The position numbers and the translations under genes were made by a program. From contig JBEQBQ010000008.1 in NCBI GenBank assembly GCA_041639695.1, positions 1-43,892 on the forward strand: a DNA stretch of 43,892 nucleotides. Direction: 5' to 3'. Shown here piece after piece: positions 27,734 to 36,458 of the stretch. The notes beneath the pieces are model-generated. The model saw only the letters and a list, made by a program, of their open reading frames with translations. It was not told the origin of the DNA and searched no databases. Source of the stretch: Candidatus Nanohaloarchaea archaeon (GTDB lineage: Archaea > Nanohalarchaeota > Nanosalinia > Nanosalinales > Nanosalinaceae). Position 1 is the stretch's first letter, and the number at the start of each line of letters is the position of its first letter.

Positions 27734-28426
27734 ATGGACGAGGAACTTGATTATAGAGGAGGCGATACCAGCATGGAAGAGAAAAATGTCTCCAGAAGAT
27801 CTTTCCTGAAAAAGGCGATTCTCGGAGCCGGTATAGGGATAATGGGTTTAATGCCAACTTCAGGTCTCAAAATTACTGAGAACGCGATCTGGAGGAATGG
27901 GAAGCAAGAATTGAAAGAGAGTTGGAAAATCAAGGCCTCAAATTATTCAACACTTCAAGAGGCTGTAAATGATCTAGAGGAAGGACAAACTCTCATAATT
28001 CCAAATTCACAGACTTATGATGAAGACATAACTGTCTCCACCAGAGGAGTCTGTATAAAGGGTACAGGCGGTATAGCATGGAGCGGATCGATAATAAGTG
28101 GAACTGTAACGCTTTCCGATCAAAGAATCGAACTTTCAAATGTACATATAAGCCCTGGAACTGGAAAAGACGGGGTTGTAGTGTCGAACAGGATGTGCCG
28201 GATAGAGAAATGTACTTTTGGAGAGGCAGACACAGCATTAAATATTGACGCTCAAGAAACAGACGTTTTAATGAACAAATTTAGACCACATGACCACAAT
28301 ACGAGCATTAACATCACTTCGAACGGCACTAGTTGCATGATAGATTCTAACGGAGTTTTCTCCACCGGCCAAAACATCAGTATAACTGATAATGGCACTG
28401 GAAATAGTATAGGCGATAACATATGA
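27734..28426 (+). CDS. Twin-arginine-motif protein with right-handed beta-helix domain (start may be ATG 27773)
   Basis: SRRSFLKK plus h-region; YSTLQEAVN...G.TLIIP...Y.EDI.V...IKG beta-helix cap and N/I/G-rich rungs; GGAGG precedes 27773. Confidence 0.65.
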   Translation: MDEELDYRGGDTSMEEKNVSRRSFLKKAILGAGIGIMGLMPTSGLKITENAIWRNGKQELKESWKIKASNYSTLQEAVNDLEEGQTLIIPNSQTYDEDITVSTRGVCIKGTGGIAWSGSIISGTVTLSDQRIELSNVHISPGTGKDGVVVSNRMCRIEKCTFGEADTALNIDAQETDVLMNKFRPHDHNTSINITSNGTSCMIDSNGVFSTGQNISITDNGTGNSIGDNI

Positions 28427-28460
28427 AAGCTGTTTTATTAATTGTTCAGATACTGAACTC

Positions 28461-29072
28461 ATGAGTTTACACGAAATCTGTCTCAGAGAAACCTCTGAAA
28501 AAATTGAAGGGAAGACGGAAGAACTTGGATGGGATTCAACTAACTGCAGCTATGAGACAGTATTCCTGAAGGCCGATGAGTGGGGAGAATTAAAGCGTAA
28601 GATCGACAAAAACCGTGAAACCGCCGATATACTTGTTTTTGAGGGGGGAGACGAAGAGTTGAACAGGAAAGCTGCAGAGTCTACGAGAATCGATGTTCTT
28701 CTACACCCTGAAAAAGGCAGGAAGGATTCAGGTATCAACCATGTCGTCGCAGAGAAAGCCAGTGAAAACCGTGTGGCTATTGGTTTCGATTTAAGACAGC
28801 TGCTTGAAAACACGGGAAAGCACCGTTCTTTTGTATTGAAGCACTGGAGGCGAAACCTGAAGCTGTGTGAAAAATACGATACACCCTACATAATTACATC
28901 AGGAGCTGGTGAAAGGCTTGAGCTTCGGGGTCCGAGAGATCTGAAATCGATTATTGACTCTTTAGGTTTTGATGGAAGTAAGGCGGTATCTTACTACCCT
29001 GGAGAAATTATTGAAAGAGCTGAAGACGCCAGAGAAAATGTTAGACCAGGTGTAGATGAGGTGGAAGAGTGA
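28461..29072 (+). CDS. rnp3: Ribonuclease P protein component 3 (Rpp30)
   Basis: GG.EELNRKA, VAIGFDL, IITSGA...LRGPRDL. Confidence 0.9.
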   Translation: MSLHEICLRETSEKIEGKTEELGWDSTNCSYETVFLKADEWGELKRKIDKNRETADILVFEGGDEELNRKAAESTRIDVLLHPEKGRKDSGINHVVAEKASENRVAIGFDLRQLLENTGKHRSFVLKHWRRNLKLCEKYDTPYIITSGAGERLELRGPRDLKSIIDSLGFDGSKAVSYYPGEIIERAEDARENVRPGVDEVEE

Positions 29073-29401
29073 AACGTCTTCCTCCATCTATAAGACAGAA
29101 GAAACGTTACATCCGATTCAAAATTCATTCCGAGAGAGACTTTGATATCGGTGAGGTAGTGGATAGTTTCTGGAAGAGTATAATTGATCATGCAGGTGCG
29201 GAAGGAGCTTCAAAGATGGATCCATGGATTATCGGCACCACATTTGACGAGGATAAGCAGGAAGGTGTAATTAAAGTTCGAAGGTCTGAGCTGGATCGTT
29301 TAAGAGCCGCACTTACTTTAGTTAATTGTATTGAGGGCGAAGATGCTTTTGTAGAAGTAGTTCGGGTGTCGGGCTCTCTGGAGAAGGTTAAAAGTAGTTG
29401 A
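29069..29401 (+). CDS. rnp2: Ribonuclease P protein component 2 (Pop5)
   Basis: LPPSIRQKKRYI.F, GVIKV, RAAL, VSGSL; GTGA overlap with rnp3. Confidence 0.9.
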   Translation: MKRLPPSIRQKKRYIRFKIHSERDFDIGEVVDSFWKSIIDHAGAEGASKMDPWIIGTTFDEDKQEGVIKVRRSELDRLRAALTLVNCIEGEDAFVEVVRVSGSLEKVKSS

Positions 29402-29570
29402 GAATGTTGAATTTTTCTATTATCCAGTCGATTATGTTTCCTATATCCGGAAGCTGTGGTCTGTAGAGTCCGGGCGAGTCCTGTGCGTATACGAACAGGA
29501 ATAGTACTACTACGACTAGCAGGATGAAGAAGCTGAGTAGAACTATGTTCTTTCTTTGTGATGGTTTCAT
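29388..29570 (-). CDS. Small single-pass membrane protein
   Basis: 60 aa: basic N-terminus, strong TM helix, amphipathic C-terminal helix. Confidence 0.5.
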   Translation of the reverse strand: MKPSQRKNIVLLSFFILLVVVVLFLFVYAQDSPGLYRPQLPDIGNIIDWIIEKFNILNYF

Positions 29571-29747
29571 CCGGACATTCTAAGTTAACATATCTGTTTT
29601 TATACAAGTTCTGTAGGACTTGTTTCCAACTGTTTCAACACTACGGCATCCCACCTTTTAAAAGAGTTTATTTTAAATACAGATATACTACATTTAAAAA
29701 GGCGTTTTTGATTTTCTGAAGGCGCCAACCCCGAGGTGAACCAAAAA

Positions 29748-30311
29748 ATGAGCGAAGAAGGTTTTGACGAGGACGACGGAATAAAAATCGAAAACGTGGT
29801 TGCTTCCACCACACTAGACAGAAGGATGCCACTCGACAGAATAGCGATCTACCTAGAAAACACCGAATACGAACCAGAACAGTTCCCAGGACTAGTATAC
29901 AGACTGGAAGAACCAAAGGCCGCAGCACTACTATTCGGATCAGGCAAAGTCGTATGTACCGGAACACAGAGCCCAGACATGGCTAAAGAAGCCGTACACA
30001 AGATCATCGACGAACTGAGAGAAGCAGACGTCGAGATCGGGACAAAGCCAGAGATCACAGTACAGAACATGGTCGCATCATCAGAACTCGACCACACACT
30101 CAATCTGAACAGGATCGCATTCGAACTAGTCGGTACAGAGTACGAGCCAGAACAGTTCCCAGGACTAGTATACAGGATTGAAGAACCTAACGTAGTCTTC
30201 CTACTATTCAGTTCAGGAAGAATCGTCTGCACAGGCGGAAGAACCTACGACGACGTAAGAAACGGCATCAACAAGCTAAAAGAGAACCTCGAGGAAATCG
30301 GGGCTCTCTAA
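29748..30311 (+). CDS. tbp: TATA-binding protein
   Basis: Two EYEPEQFPGLVYR repeats, NVVAS/NMVAS, SGKVVCTG. Confidence 0.97.
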   Translation: MSEEGFDEDDGIKIENVVASTTLDRRMPLDRIAIYLENTEYEPEQFPGLVYRLEEPKAAALLFGSGKVVCTGTQSPDMAKEAVHKIIDELREADVEIGTKPEITVQNMVASSELDHTLNLNRIAFELVGTEYEPEQFPGLVYRIEEPNVVFLLFSSGRIVCTGGRTYDDVRNGINKLKENLEEIGAL

Positions 30312-30329
30312 AAGCAATTCCTTTTATTC

Positions 30330-30776
30330 TTAATATTTCTCTAAAGCCTTCAAAGCAGCCCTTCTAGCATTCTCCGGAATATTATCCAGTTCTTCAATTT
30401 CCGTTCTAGAGAACCATTCAATATTCTCATCGCTGTACTCGTAATCGTTGACCCTCCCAGTTACCTTCCCTATGTACTGGAACTCGAGATGCCAGTGACC
30501 CTCTTTAATCCCGTGAAGGTTGACGTTGAAAGGTTCCGGCAGATCAGTAGAACCATCCTCATACGTTTTCTGACCCCCTAAAATCTCAATTTCATGGCCT
30601 GTCTCCTCTAAAACTTCTCTTTTAGCAGCCTCTGTAGGAGTCTCTCCTTCCTCTATATGTCCTCCTGGTTGCAGCCACATATCCAACTTCTTATGGTTCA
30701 GAAGTAGAATTTTTCCGTCCTTGACAATATAGGCGCCCGCTGTAAAGTCTCTGTCAGCATCTTCAGGAACTTTCAT
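30330..30776 (-). CDS. NUDIX hydrolase
   Basis: Nudix box GGHIEEGETPTEAAKREVLEETG. Confidence 0.92.
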   Translation of the reverse strand: MKVPEDADRDFTAGAYIVKDGKILLLNHKKLDMWLQPGGHIEEGETPTEAAKREVLEETGHEIEILGGQKTYEDGSTDLPEPFNVNLHGIKEGHWHLEFQYIGKVTGRVNDYEYSDENIEWFSRTEIEELDNIPENARRAALKALEKY

Positions 30777-30803
30777 ACAGAATAAATAGAAGTTAGAAAA
30801 TGG

Positions 30804-31358
30804 TTAAAGGATGTCGTCCGACTCTTCCATGTCAGGCCAGAGATCTAGATCTCCCAATCCGCCGGAATCATCATCAACTCTTGCGTATTCATTCAGCTGC
30901 TCCGTTGCTGAGGCCGCGTAATCTATATTGAGGAGTTTAACCTCCTCGAAGTAAGCTGAAGTGGTTCTCGCAACAGCCTGCTGAACATCTTCATCATCAA
31001 GTTTCCTCTTCTCTCTCAACTGGTTGTATACGTCAGCAGCCATCTCTCTGGCGATGCCTTTCGCAGAGCTAAGAGTGTCTAGAGCCCTTATATCCAGACT
31101 GTTAGATGCTAGAGCTTGCTCAAAACGGCTTTCTAACAGGTCGTGAACGTCAAATGCCAAGGCTTTTCTGTCATCAACATACTCTTCTCCGGCCTCGGTA
31201 TCATAAGATTCAAACTCGCTCATATCCGGGGACATTTCTGCGTCAAGAAGTACCTCTTCATAATCTCTCTCAAGATCCTTTCCGTCATACTCACCAAGTT
31301 CTTCAGTTAATCTCTGGATATCATCTTGATTGTACATATTCCTAGTGTAAGGACTCAA
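30804..31358 (-). CDS. Hypothetical highly acidic protein (start TTG 31358 or ATG 31337)
   Basis: Long D/E-rich ORF, co-oriented with its neighbours. Confidence 0.7.
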   Translation of the reverse strand: MSPYTRNMYNQDDIQRLTEELGEYDGKDLERDYEEVLLDAEMSPDMSEFESYDTEAGEEYVDDRKALAFDVHDLLESRFEQALASNSLDIRALDTLSSAKGIAREMAADVYNQLREKRKLDDEDVQQAVARTTSAYFEEVKLLNIDYAASATEQLNEYARVDDDSGGLGDLDLWPDMEESDDIL

Positions 31359-31370
31359 GATTTATACCGA

Positions 31371-32273
31371 TCAGTTCAGAGCTGATTTCACTTTTGGCTC
31401 GAGTTCTTCTTCGAGCCACTTATCGAAATCTAAATTGGTTTCTTCAAAACTTCCTGAGAACTCTTCATCTTCAAGATAATGTGCAACCGGGAACATGTGG
31501 CCGGTACCTACAAGCAAAACGTTATGCTCATTTCCTTCATGAAACACGTATTCCGCCATTCTTTCAGATCTGCCGTTAAGCCTGATTTGCTTGAATTCGC
31601 CGACTAGGTCGCGTTCCAACTTTTCAGGCAACTGGTTTCTGTACATAGCTTCTTGTGCGGTCTCGAGATCTCCCGACTGAAGTGCTGAAATATTGTTTAG
31701 GAACAGATCCGAATCCCGTATTTTGGAGGAGTTGGAGGCTAGTTCTTCTCGGCCTAAACTGGCTAACGTGGCGTATCCGGCCAAACCCGGAACTGTCTTG
31801 GCCCAGTAAAGATAAGAATCAAGCTTCTTTGCTTTCTCAGCCTTCTTTTCGGCATAGTCAAGACCTCTGTCTTTAGCGGTTTCCACAGCCCACGACTGGT
31901 CATCCATCTCTTCACCGTCGATCGAGAGAATTCCGTTCAGTCCCTGTTCATAGAAAATTTCTGCTCCGCCTTCAGACTCCTGCAAAACAAATTCATCCAG
32001 TAAATGTTCAAGATGCTTGTCCGGAGTCAATTCAGTACCTTCAATACCGTGAGGAAACCCCACTATTTTGTACTCTCTATCGCCCCCTACTTGTACACCG
32101 GTTACTCCATTCTGTTCGAACATCTCATAGTGAGGATCTGAATCTAAAGCGTTCAAGTACCAGTCCCTTCTTAGATCGAATTCAGAATAACCGTTTCCAA
32201 GCAGTTCACCAACGTTGTCCGCTTCCAGAATTTCGCTTCGGGACTTCTCGGGCTCAGTCCTCAACAGACTCAT
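31371..32273 (-). CDS. Hypothetical protein, TraB/GumN (TIKI)-like
   Basis: IVGFPH, IFYE, RSERMAEY, LLVGTGH in the order expected for the TraB/TIKI superfamily. Confidence 0.55.
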   Translation of the reverse strand: MSLLRTEPEKSRSEILEADNVGELLGNGYSEFDLRRDWYLNALDSDPHYEMFEQNGVTGVQVGGDREYKIVGFPHGIEGTELTPDKHLEHLLDEFVLQESEGGAEIFYEQGLNGILSIDGEEMDDQSWAVETAKDRGLDYAEKKAEKAKKLDSYLYWAKTVPGLAGYATLASLGREELASNSSKIRDSDLFLNNISALQSGDLETAQEAMYRNQLPEKLERDLVGEFKQIRLNGRSERMAEYVFHEGNEHNVLLVGTGHMFPVAHYLEDEEFSGSFEETNLDFDKWLEEELEPKVKSALN

Positions 32274-32300
32274 CTACTAATCAGTTAACACCTAAAAGAT

Positions 32301-32600
32301 TTAATTCCAGTCAATACTCCGGACTTTTTCAGTAATCTCTTCGGCTAGCTCAATATCCTTTTCGGTTATTGCTTCCTCTTCATGGCTCCATAGATCGATC
32401 TCTACAACACCGTATTCGATCTTGACTTCCGGGTGGTGGAAATGCGATTCTGCAAGTGTAAATACAGTATTTGCGAAGAAAACAGACTTCTTATAGTCAT
32501 CAAACTCTATTCGGGTAGATAGTTTTCCGGCTTCGAGACCCCATATTTCCAGGTCTTCAAGCGCTTCTTTAAGTTCTTCATCTTCAAGTCGTTCGGCCAT
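32301..32600 (-). CDS. Pterin-4a-carbinolamine dehydratase
   Basis: AESHFHHPE, WSH...ITEKDIELA. Confidence 0.9.
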   Translation of the reverse strand: MAERLEDEELKEALEDLEIWGLEAGKLSTRIEFDDYKKSVFFANTVFTLAESHFHHPEVKIEYGVVEIDLWSHEEEAITEKDIELAEEITEKVRSIDWN

Positions 32601-32652
32601 AGCTTTTCTGGTGTAGTGAATCCTTTTCAGCTTTTCCGCCCCATATTACAAT

Positions 32653-34662
32653 ATGAGTCCGGGGGGATCAGTAGAGTACGGGGAAGCAGTCAACGAGTTC
32701 GAGGAGTTTTTCTCGGATAAATACTATGAAAAGGTAGCTGACGCAGTTCAGGACGGCGAAGAATCTATTGTCGTTGACTTTATGGAAATGGACATGTTTG
32801 AACCCCGTTTAAGCGATTATCTAAGAGAAGAACCTGATTCCGCTATTAATGCAGCGGAGGAAGGAGTTATGGGCGTTGATATTGTTTCGGACGAGGATTT
32901 CCGTGTACGTTTTACCAACCTGCCGGAAGAAGATTTTGTGCTTGTAAGAAATCTTCGTTCACAGCACATAGGCAAGTTTATTCCAATAGAGGGAATGATC
33001 AAGAGAGCTTCACAGGTAAAACCAGAAGTTGTCTCCGCTATCTTTGAATGTGCACAGTGCGGCGACCGTTACGAGAAAGAGCAGGACTCATCTGAGTTGA
33101 AAAGTCCGTACAAGTGCGACTGTGGTTCGAGGAAGTTTGAAACTGTTGAGAAAAAGATGACAGACACGCAGACGGTTACTGTTGAGGAGAACCCCGAGTC
33201 CAGGGAAGGTTCTGAACAGCCTTCGACACTTCAGATCAGGTTGGAAGGCGATCTTGTTGACCCGGATTTCCAGAAAAAAGTCGTGCCAGGTAACGTAGCC
33301 GAAATAACCGGCGTTTTGAAAGAAAGACCTTTGAAGAAGAACTCTAAGAAGTTCGATATCTATATGGAAGGCAACTACCTCGAGCCAACCCAGCAGGAGT
33401 TTGAAGAACTAACTTTGAACGATGAAGAGCGGGAAGAGATCGAATCGATGGCTGAGAACCCTGACATATTCGACAGAATAATAGACTCGATCGCACCATC
33501 GATCTACGGCCACCGACAGATCAAGAAAGCTATTGCCTTACAGATCTTCGGCGGAGTAAAAAAGACTAGAGAAGACGGCGTAAAGTCAAGAGGAGATATA
33601 CACATGTTACTGATCGGAGAACCCGGAACAGGCAAATCACAGATGCTAAAATTCACAGGAGAGCTTGCACCGAAAGGACGTTACGTTGTAGGTAAATCAA
33701 GCACCGGAGCAGGGCTTACAGCAGCAGTAGTCCGCGATGAGACCACCGGAGAGTTCGAGCTTGAGGCTGGAGCCGTTGTTCTGGCGAACAAAGGTACCGC
33801 GGTTATTGACGAAATTGATAAGATGTCAGAGGAGGACCGTTCCAGTCTTCACGAGGCGATGGAGCAGCAGCAGATCTCCGTTTCGAAAGCAAACATCCAG
33901 GCCACCTTGAATGCACAGACATCTATTCTTGCGGCTGGAAACCCTAAATTCGGGCGTTTTGATCCTTACGAGCCTATCCCGCAGCAGATCGAGATCGGAG
34001 ACACTTTGCTTTCACGTTTCGACTTTATCTTCCCTGTTAAGGACGAGCCGGACGAGTCGAAGGACACCAAGCTTTCCTCACAGGTTCTGCAGAACCATAT
34101 CGATCCGGAGGAGACTGATGCCGAGATACCGCAAGAAACACTGAGGAAGTACGTCGCGTACGCGAAGAAGAACTACAGACCTGATCTTACTGAGGATGCA
34201 GCCGACCAGATTCAGGAGTTCTACGTTTCGATGCGTCAGAAAGGCGGAGGCGAAGCAGGAGACTCCGTACCAGTTACTGCAAGACAGCTAGAAGCTCTTG
34301 TCAGAGTAGCTGAAGCTTCGGCTAGAGCGGAGCTGAAGGAGGAGGTCGAGGTAGAGGATGCACAGAGAGCCATCGATATACTAACTTACTGCCTTGAGCA
34401 GGTAGGTGTCGACCCAGAGACGGGAGAGTTCGACGCAGATATTATTGAGACAGGTACATCTTCGAGTCAGAGGAACAGGGCCCAGACCATCAAGCACATT
34501 TTGAAACAGATGGCGGGAGAAAGCTCTGCGGAACTTGAAGAAGTACTTGATGAGGCGGAAGAAGAGGGACTTGACCGGGACAAGACCGAGCAACGGATTA
34601 AACAGTTGATGCGGGACGGCGAAGTCTTCGAGCCTGAACCCGGAAAGGTCAAGATGATGTGA
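32653..34662 (+). CDS. mcm: MCM replicative helicase
   Basis: Zn finger, GEPGTGKSQ, IDEIDKM, HEAMEQQ, LLSRFD, TARQLE; C-terminal winged helix; no intein. Confidence 0.97.
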   Translation: MSPGGSVEYGEAVNEFEEFFSDKYYEKVADAVQDGEESIVVDFMEMDMFEPRLSDYLREEPDSAINAAEEGVMGVDIVSDEDFRVRFTNLPEEDFVLVRNLRSQHIGKFIPIEGMIKRASQVKPEVVSAIFECAQCGDRYEKEQDSSELKSPYKCDCGSRKFETVEKKMTDTQTVTVEENPESREGSEQPSTLQIRLEGDLVDPDFQKKVVPGNVAEITGVLKERPLKKNSKKFDIYMEGNYLEPTQQEFEELTLNDEEREEIESMAENPDIFDRIIDSIAPSIYGHRQIKKAIALQIFGGVKKTREDGVKSRGDIHMLLIGEPGTGKSQMLKFTGELAPKGRYVVGKSSTGAGLTAAVVRDETTGEFELEAGAVVLANKGTAVIDEIDKMSEEDRSSLHEAMEQQQISVSKANIQATLNAQTSILAAGNPKFGRFDPYEPIPQQIEIGDTLLSRFDFIFPVKDEPDESKDTKLSSQVLQNHIDPEETDAEIPQETLRKYVAYAKKNYRPDLTEDAADQIQEFYVSMRQKGGGEAGDSVPVTARQLEALVRVAEASARAELKEEVEVEDAQRAIDILTYCLEQVGVDPETGEFDADIIETGTSSSQRNRAQTIKHILKQMAGESSAELEEVLDEAEEEGLDRDKTEQRIKQLMRDGEVFEPEPGKVKMM

Positions 34663-34716
34663 TTGATACCGTCGCACGTATAAAAATTCATAAGAATATC
34701 TTAGGTACAGGATACC

Positions 34717-35463
34717 ATGCCCCAGCAGAAACGACAGACAGCGAAGCTCGCGAACGCCAAAAAACTTAACTCCGGGAAATACTTTCAGAAAGAAGGATTT
34801 ACACCTAACTACCTTCTGACACCGGAAGGACAGAGATTTTCAAGGGCGAGAGTCGTCGCTACAGTTGTCGACACTTTTGTTAACGAGGACGAAACATACG
34901 GTTCAATAACTTTGGACGATGGAACAGATACTATCCAGCTAAAGTTTTTCAACGAGCTTGATGACTTGGAAGACTTCGAGATAGGGGACATAGTTGAAGC
35001 TGTAGGAAAGGTCAGAGAGTACCAGGGCCAGATCTACATGAACGCCGAAATACTAGAGAAACGAGATATTGAGAAAGAGCTTCTCCACGAATTGAAATTG
35101 AAGAAGACTTCCGAGGAATGGAAGCAGATTAGAGAGACCGTACAGCAGTTGAAAGAATCGGGCAAGGATCAGGAAGAGATTGAGAAGGAGATGGCCGGAA
35201 AACTTGGTGAAGCAGAGGTCGATGCTTTGCTTCAGTCGTTCGGCGAGCAGTTCGACCAGGGTGTTTCCGACGAGGAACGTGAGAACCTTGAAAGAGAGGT
35301 TATTGAAGCTGTAGAAAACCTGGAGGATGACGAAGGTGCCGACTACGAGGATATTGCAGACGGGGTTGATGCACCGGAAGACCAGCTTGAGGACACAATC
35401 AACTCTCTACTTAGTGAAGGAACTTTCTACGAGCCTGAGCCAGGCAAGATCAAGAAGCTTTAG
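34717..35463 (+). CDS. Replication protein A subunit (OB fold + winged helix, RPA32-like)
   Basis: RARVVATVV, TLDDGT.TI, VGKVREYQG OB fold; C-terminal winged helix. Confidence 0.8.
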   Translation: MPQQKRQTAKLANAKKLNSGKYFQKEGFTPNYLLTPEGQRFSRARVVATVVDTFVNEDETYGSITLDDGTDTIQLKFFNELDDLEDFEIGDIVEAVGKVREYQGQIYMNAEILEKRDIEKELLHELKLKKTSEEWKQIRETVQQLKESGKDQEEIEKEMAGKLGEAEVDALLQSFGEQFDQGVSDEERENLEREVIEAVENLEDDEGADYEDIADGVDAPEDQLEDTINSLLSEGTFYEPEPGKIKKL

Positions 35464-35477
35464 AAGGTGTTAAACCG

Positions 35478-36002
35478 GTGAAGACCGGCGTATTACTTTT
35501 CCTTGTTCTTTGCGTAACAGTTTCAGGCTGTTTATCTGCCAGCAACAGCGACACCGATGTAAGAAATTTTTCAGTAGATGTATCTCGAGTAGTTGACGGC
35601 GATACCGTGGAAGTAATTCTTAACGGAACTGAAGAGGATATTCGTTTAATTGGTATTGATACCCCTGAAGTCCATGTTGAAACAGATCCGGCCGAATACG
35701 AGGGAATACCTGTTAATGAGACCGGCAGACAGTGTCTCGAGAAATGGGGAGAAAAAGCTTCGAACCACACAAAAAACCGGGTTTCCGGAGAAGTAATTTT
35801 GGAGGTTGAGACTGAGAACGGTGAAATAGCGAGAGGTAGCTATGACCGAATACTAGGCGAACTTTGGACAAACAGTTCTTCTCTTAACCGCCAATTGGTT
35901 TTAGAAGGCTATGCACGCTCCTATTCAAGTGAAGGTCCTTTCGCACGTGAAGAGGTTGAAGCCATAAGAAGTGATAGAGGTGTCTGGGGCTGTCCGGGTT
36001 GA
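35478..36002 (+). CDS. Thermonuclease (SNase) family lipoprotein
   Basis: Lipobox VSGC; RVVDGDT, IRLIGIDTPE, YDR.L, LV.EGYAR, RGVW. Confidence 0.9.
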   Translation: MKTGVLLFLVLCVTVSGCLSASNSDTDVRNFSVDVSRVVDGDTVEVILNGTEEDIRLIGIDTPEVHVETDPAEYEGIPVNETGRQCLEKWGEKASNHTKNRVSGEVILEVETENGEIARGSYDRILGELWTNSSSLNRQLVLEGYARSYSSEGPFAREEVEAIRSDRGVWGCPG

Positions 36003-36033
36003 AGTTAAGAAGATTTGCTGTCAAAAATTTAGT

Positions 36034-36429
36034 ATGAGCGATTACGAAGACCTTCTCGACAAAGGACTTGAAGAAGCTGAGGAAACCTCGCAGGGCGAAA
36101 GATTCGAGCTACCTGAGGCTGAGACAAGGAAAGAAGGATCGAAAACAATTCTAGAGAACTTCAAGGAAATTGCGGAAACCGTTGGAAGAGAGGAGAAACA
36201 TTTCTCGAAGTTCATCCAAGACGAATTAGGTACCAACGGCCATATTGAAGGCTCCGAACTTGTTTTGAACGGCGAGTTTAGACGTGGAAATGTTAACGGG
36301 AGGATCGAGAACTACGCAAAGGAATGGGTCTACTGCCAGGAATGCGACTCTCCGGACACGAAGATCGTTAAGGAGAAAGGTATCCAGATGATGAAGTGTC
36401 AGGCCTGTGGAGCCAGAAACCCTGTCTAA
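36034..36429 (+). CDS. eif2b: Translation initiation factor 2 subunit beta
   Basis: YEDLLD, ERFELP, NFKEIA, ELGT.G, CQECDSPDT...CQACGA. Confidence 0.94.
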   Translation: MSDYEDLLDKGLEEAEETSQGERFELPEAETRKEGSKTILENFKEIAETVGREEKHFSKFIQDELGTNGHIEGSELVLNGEFRRGNVNGRIENYAKEWVYCQECDSPDTKIVKEKGIQMMKCQACGARNPV

Positions 36430-36458
36430 GTTAAAGATTTGGTTCAACCATAGTAGGC

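Noticed and set aside
26344-28426. Provirus, suggested by the tail-fibre-like domains
   Set aside because: No integrase, capsid, terminase or att repeats; the genes are isolated among core housekeeping genes.
29650-29702. Inverted AT-rich repeats upstream of tbp as an origin or operator
   Set aside because: Adequately explained by divergent TATA elements; no ORB-like G-string or cdc6 nearby.
29862-30180. Long direct repeat (GAACAGTTCCCAGGACTAGTATACAG)
   Set aside because: The known internal duplication of TBP, not a CRISPR or mobile repeat.
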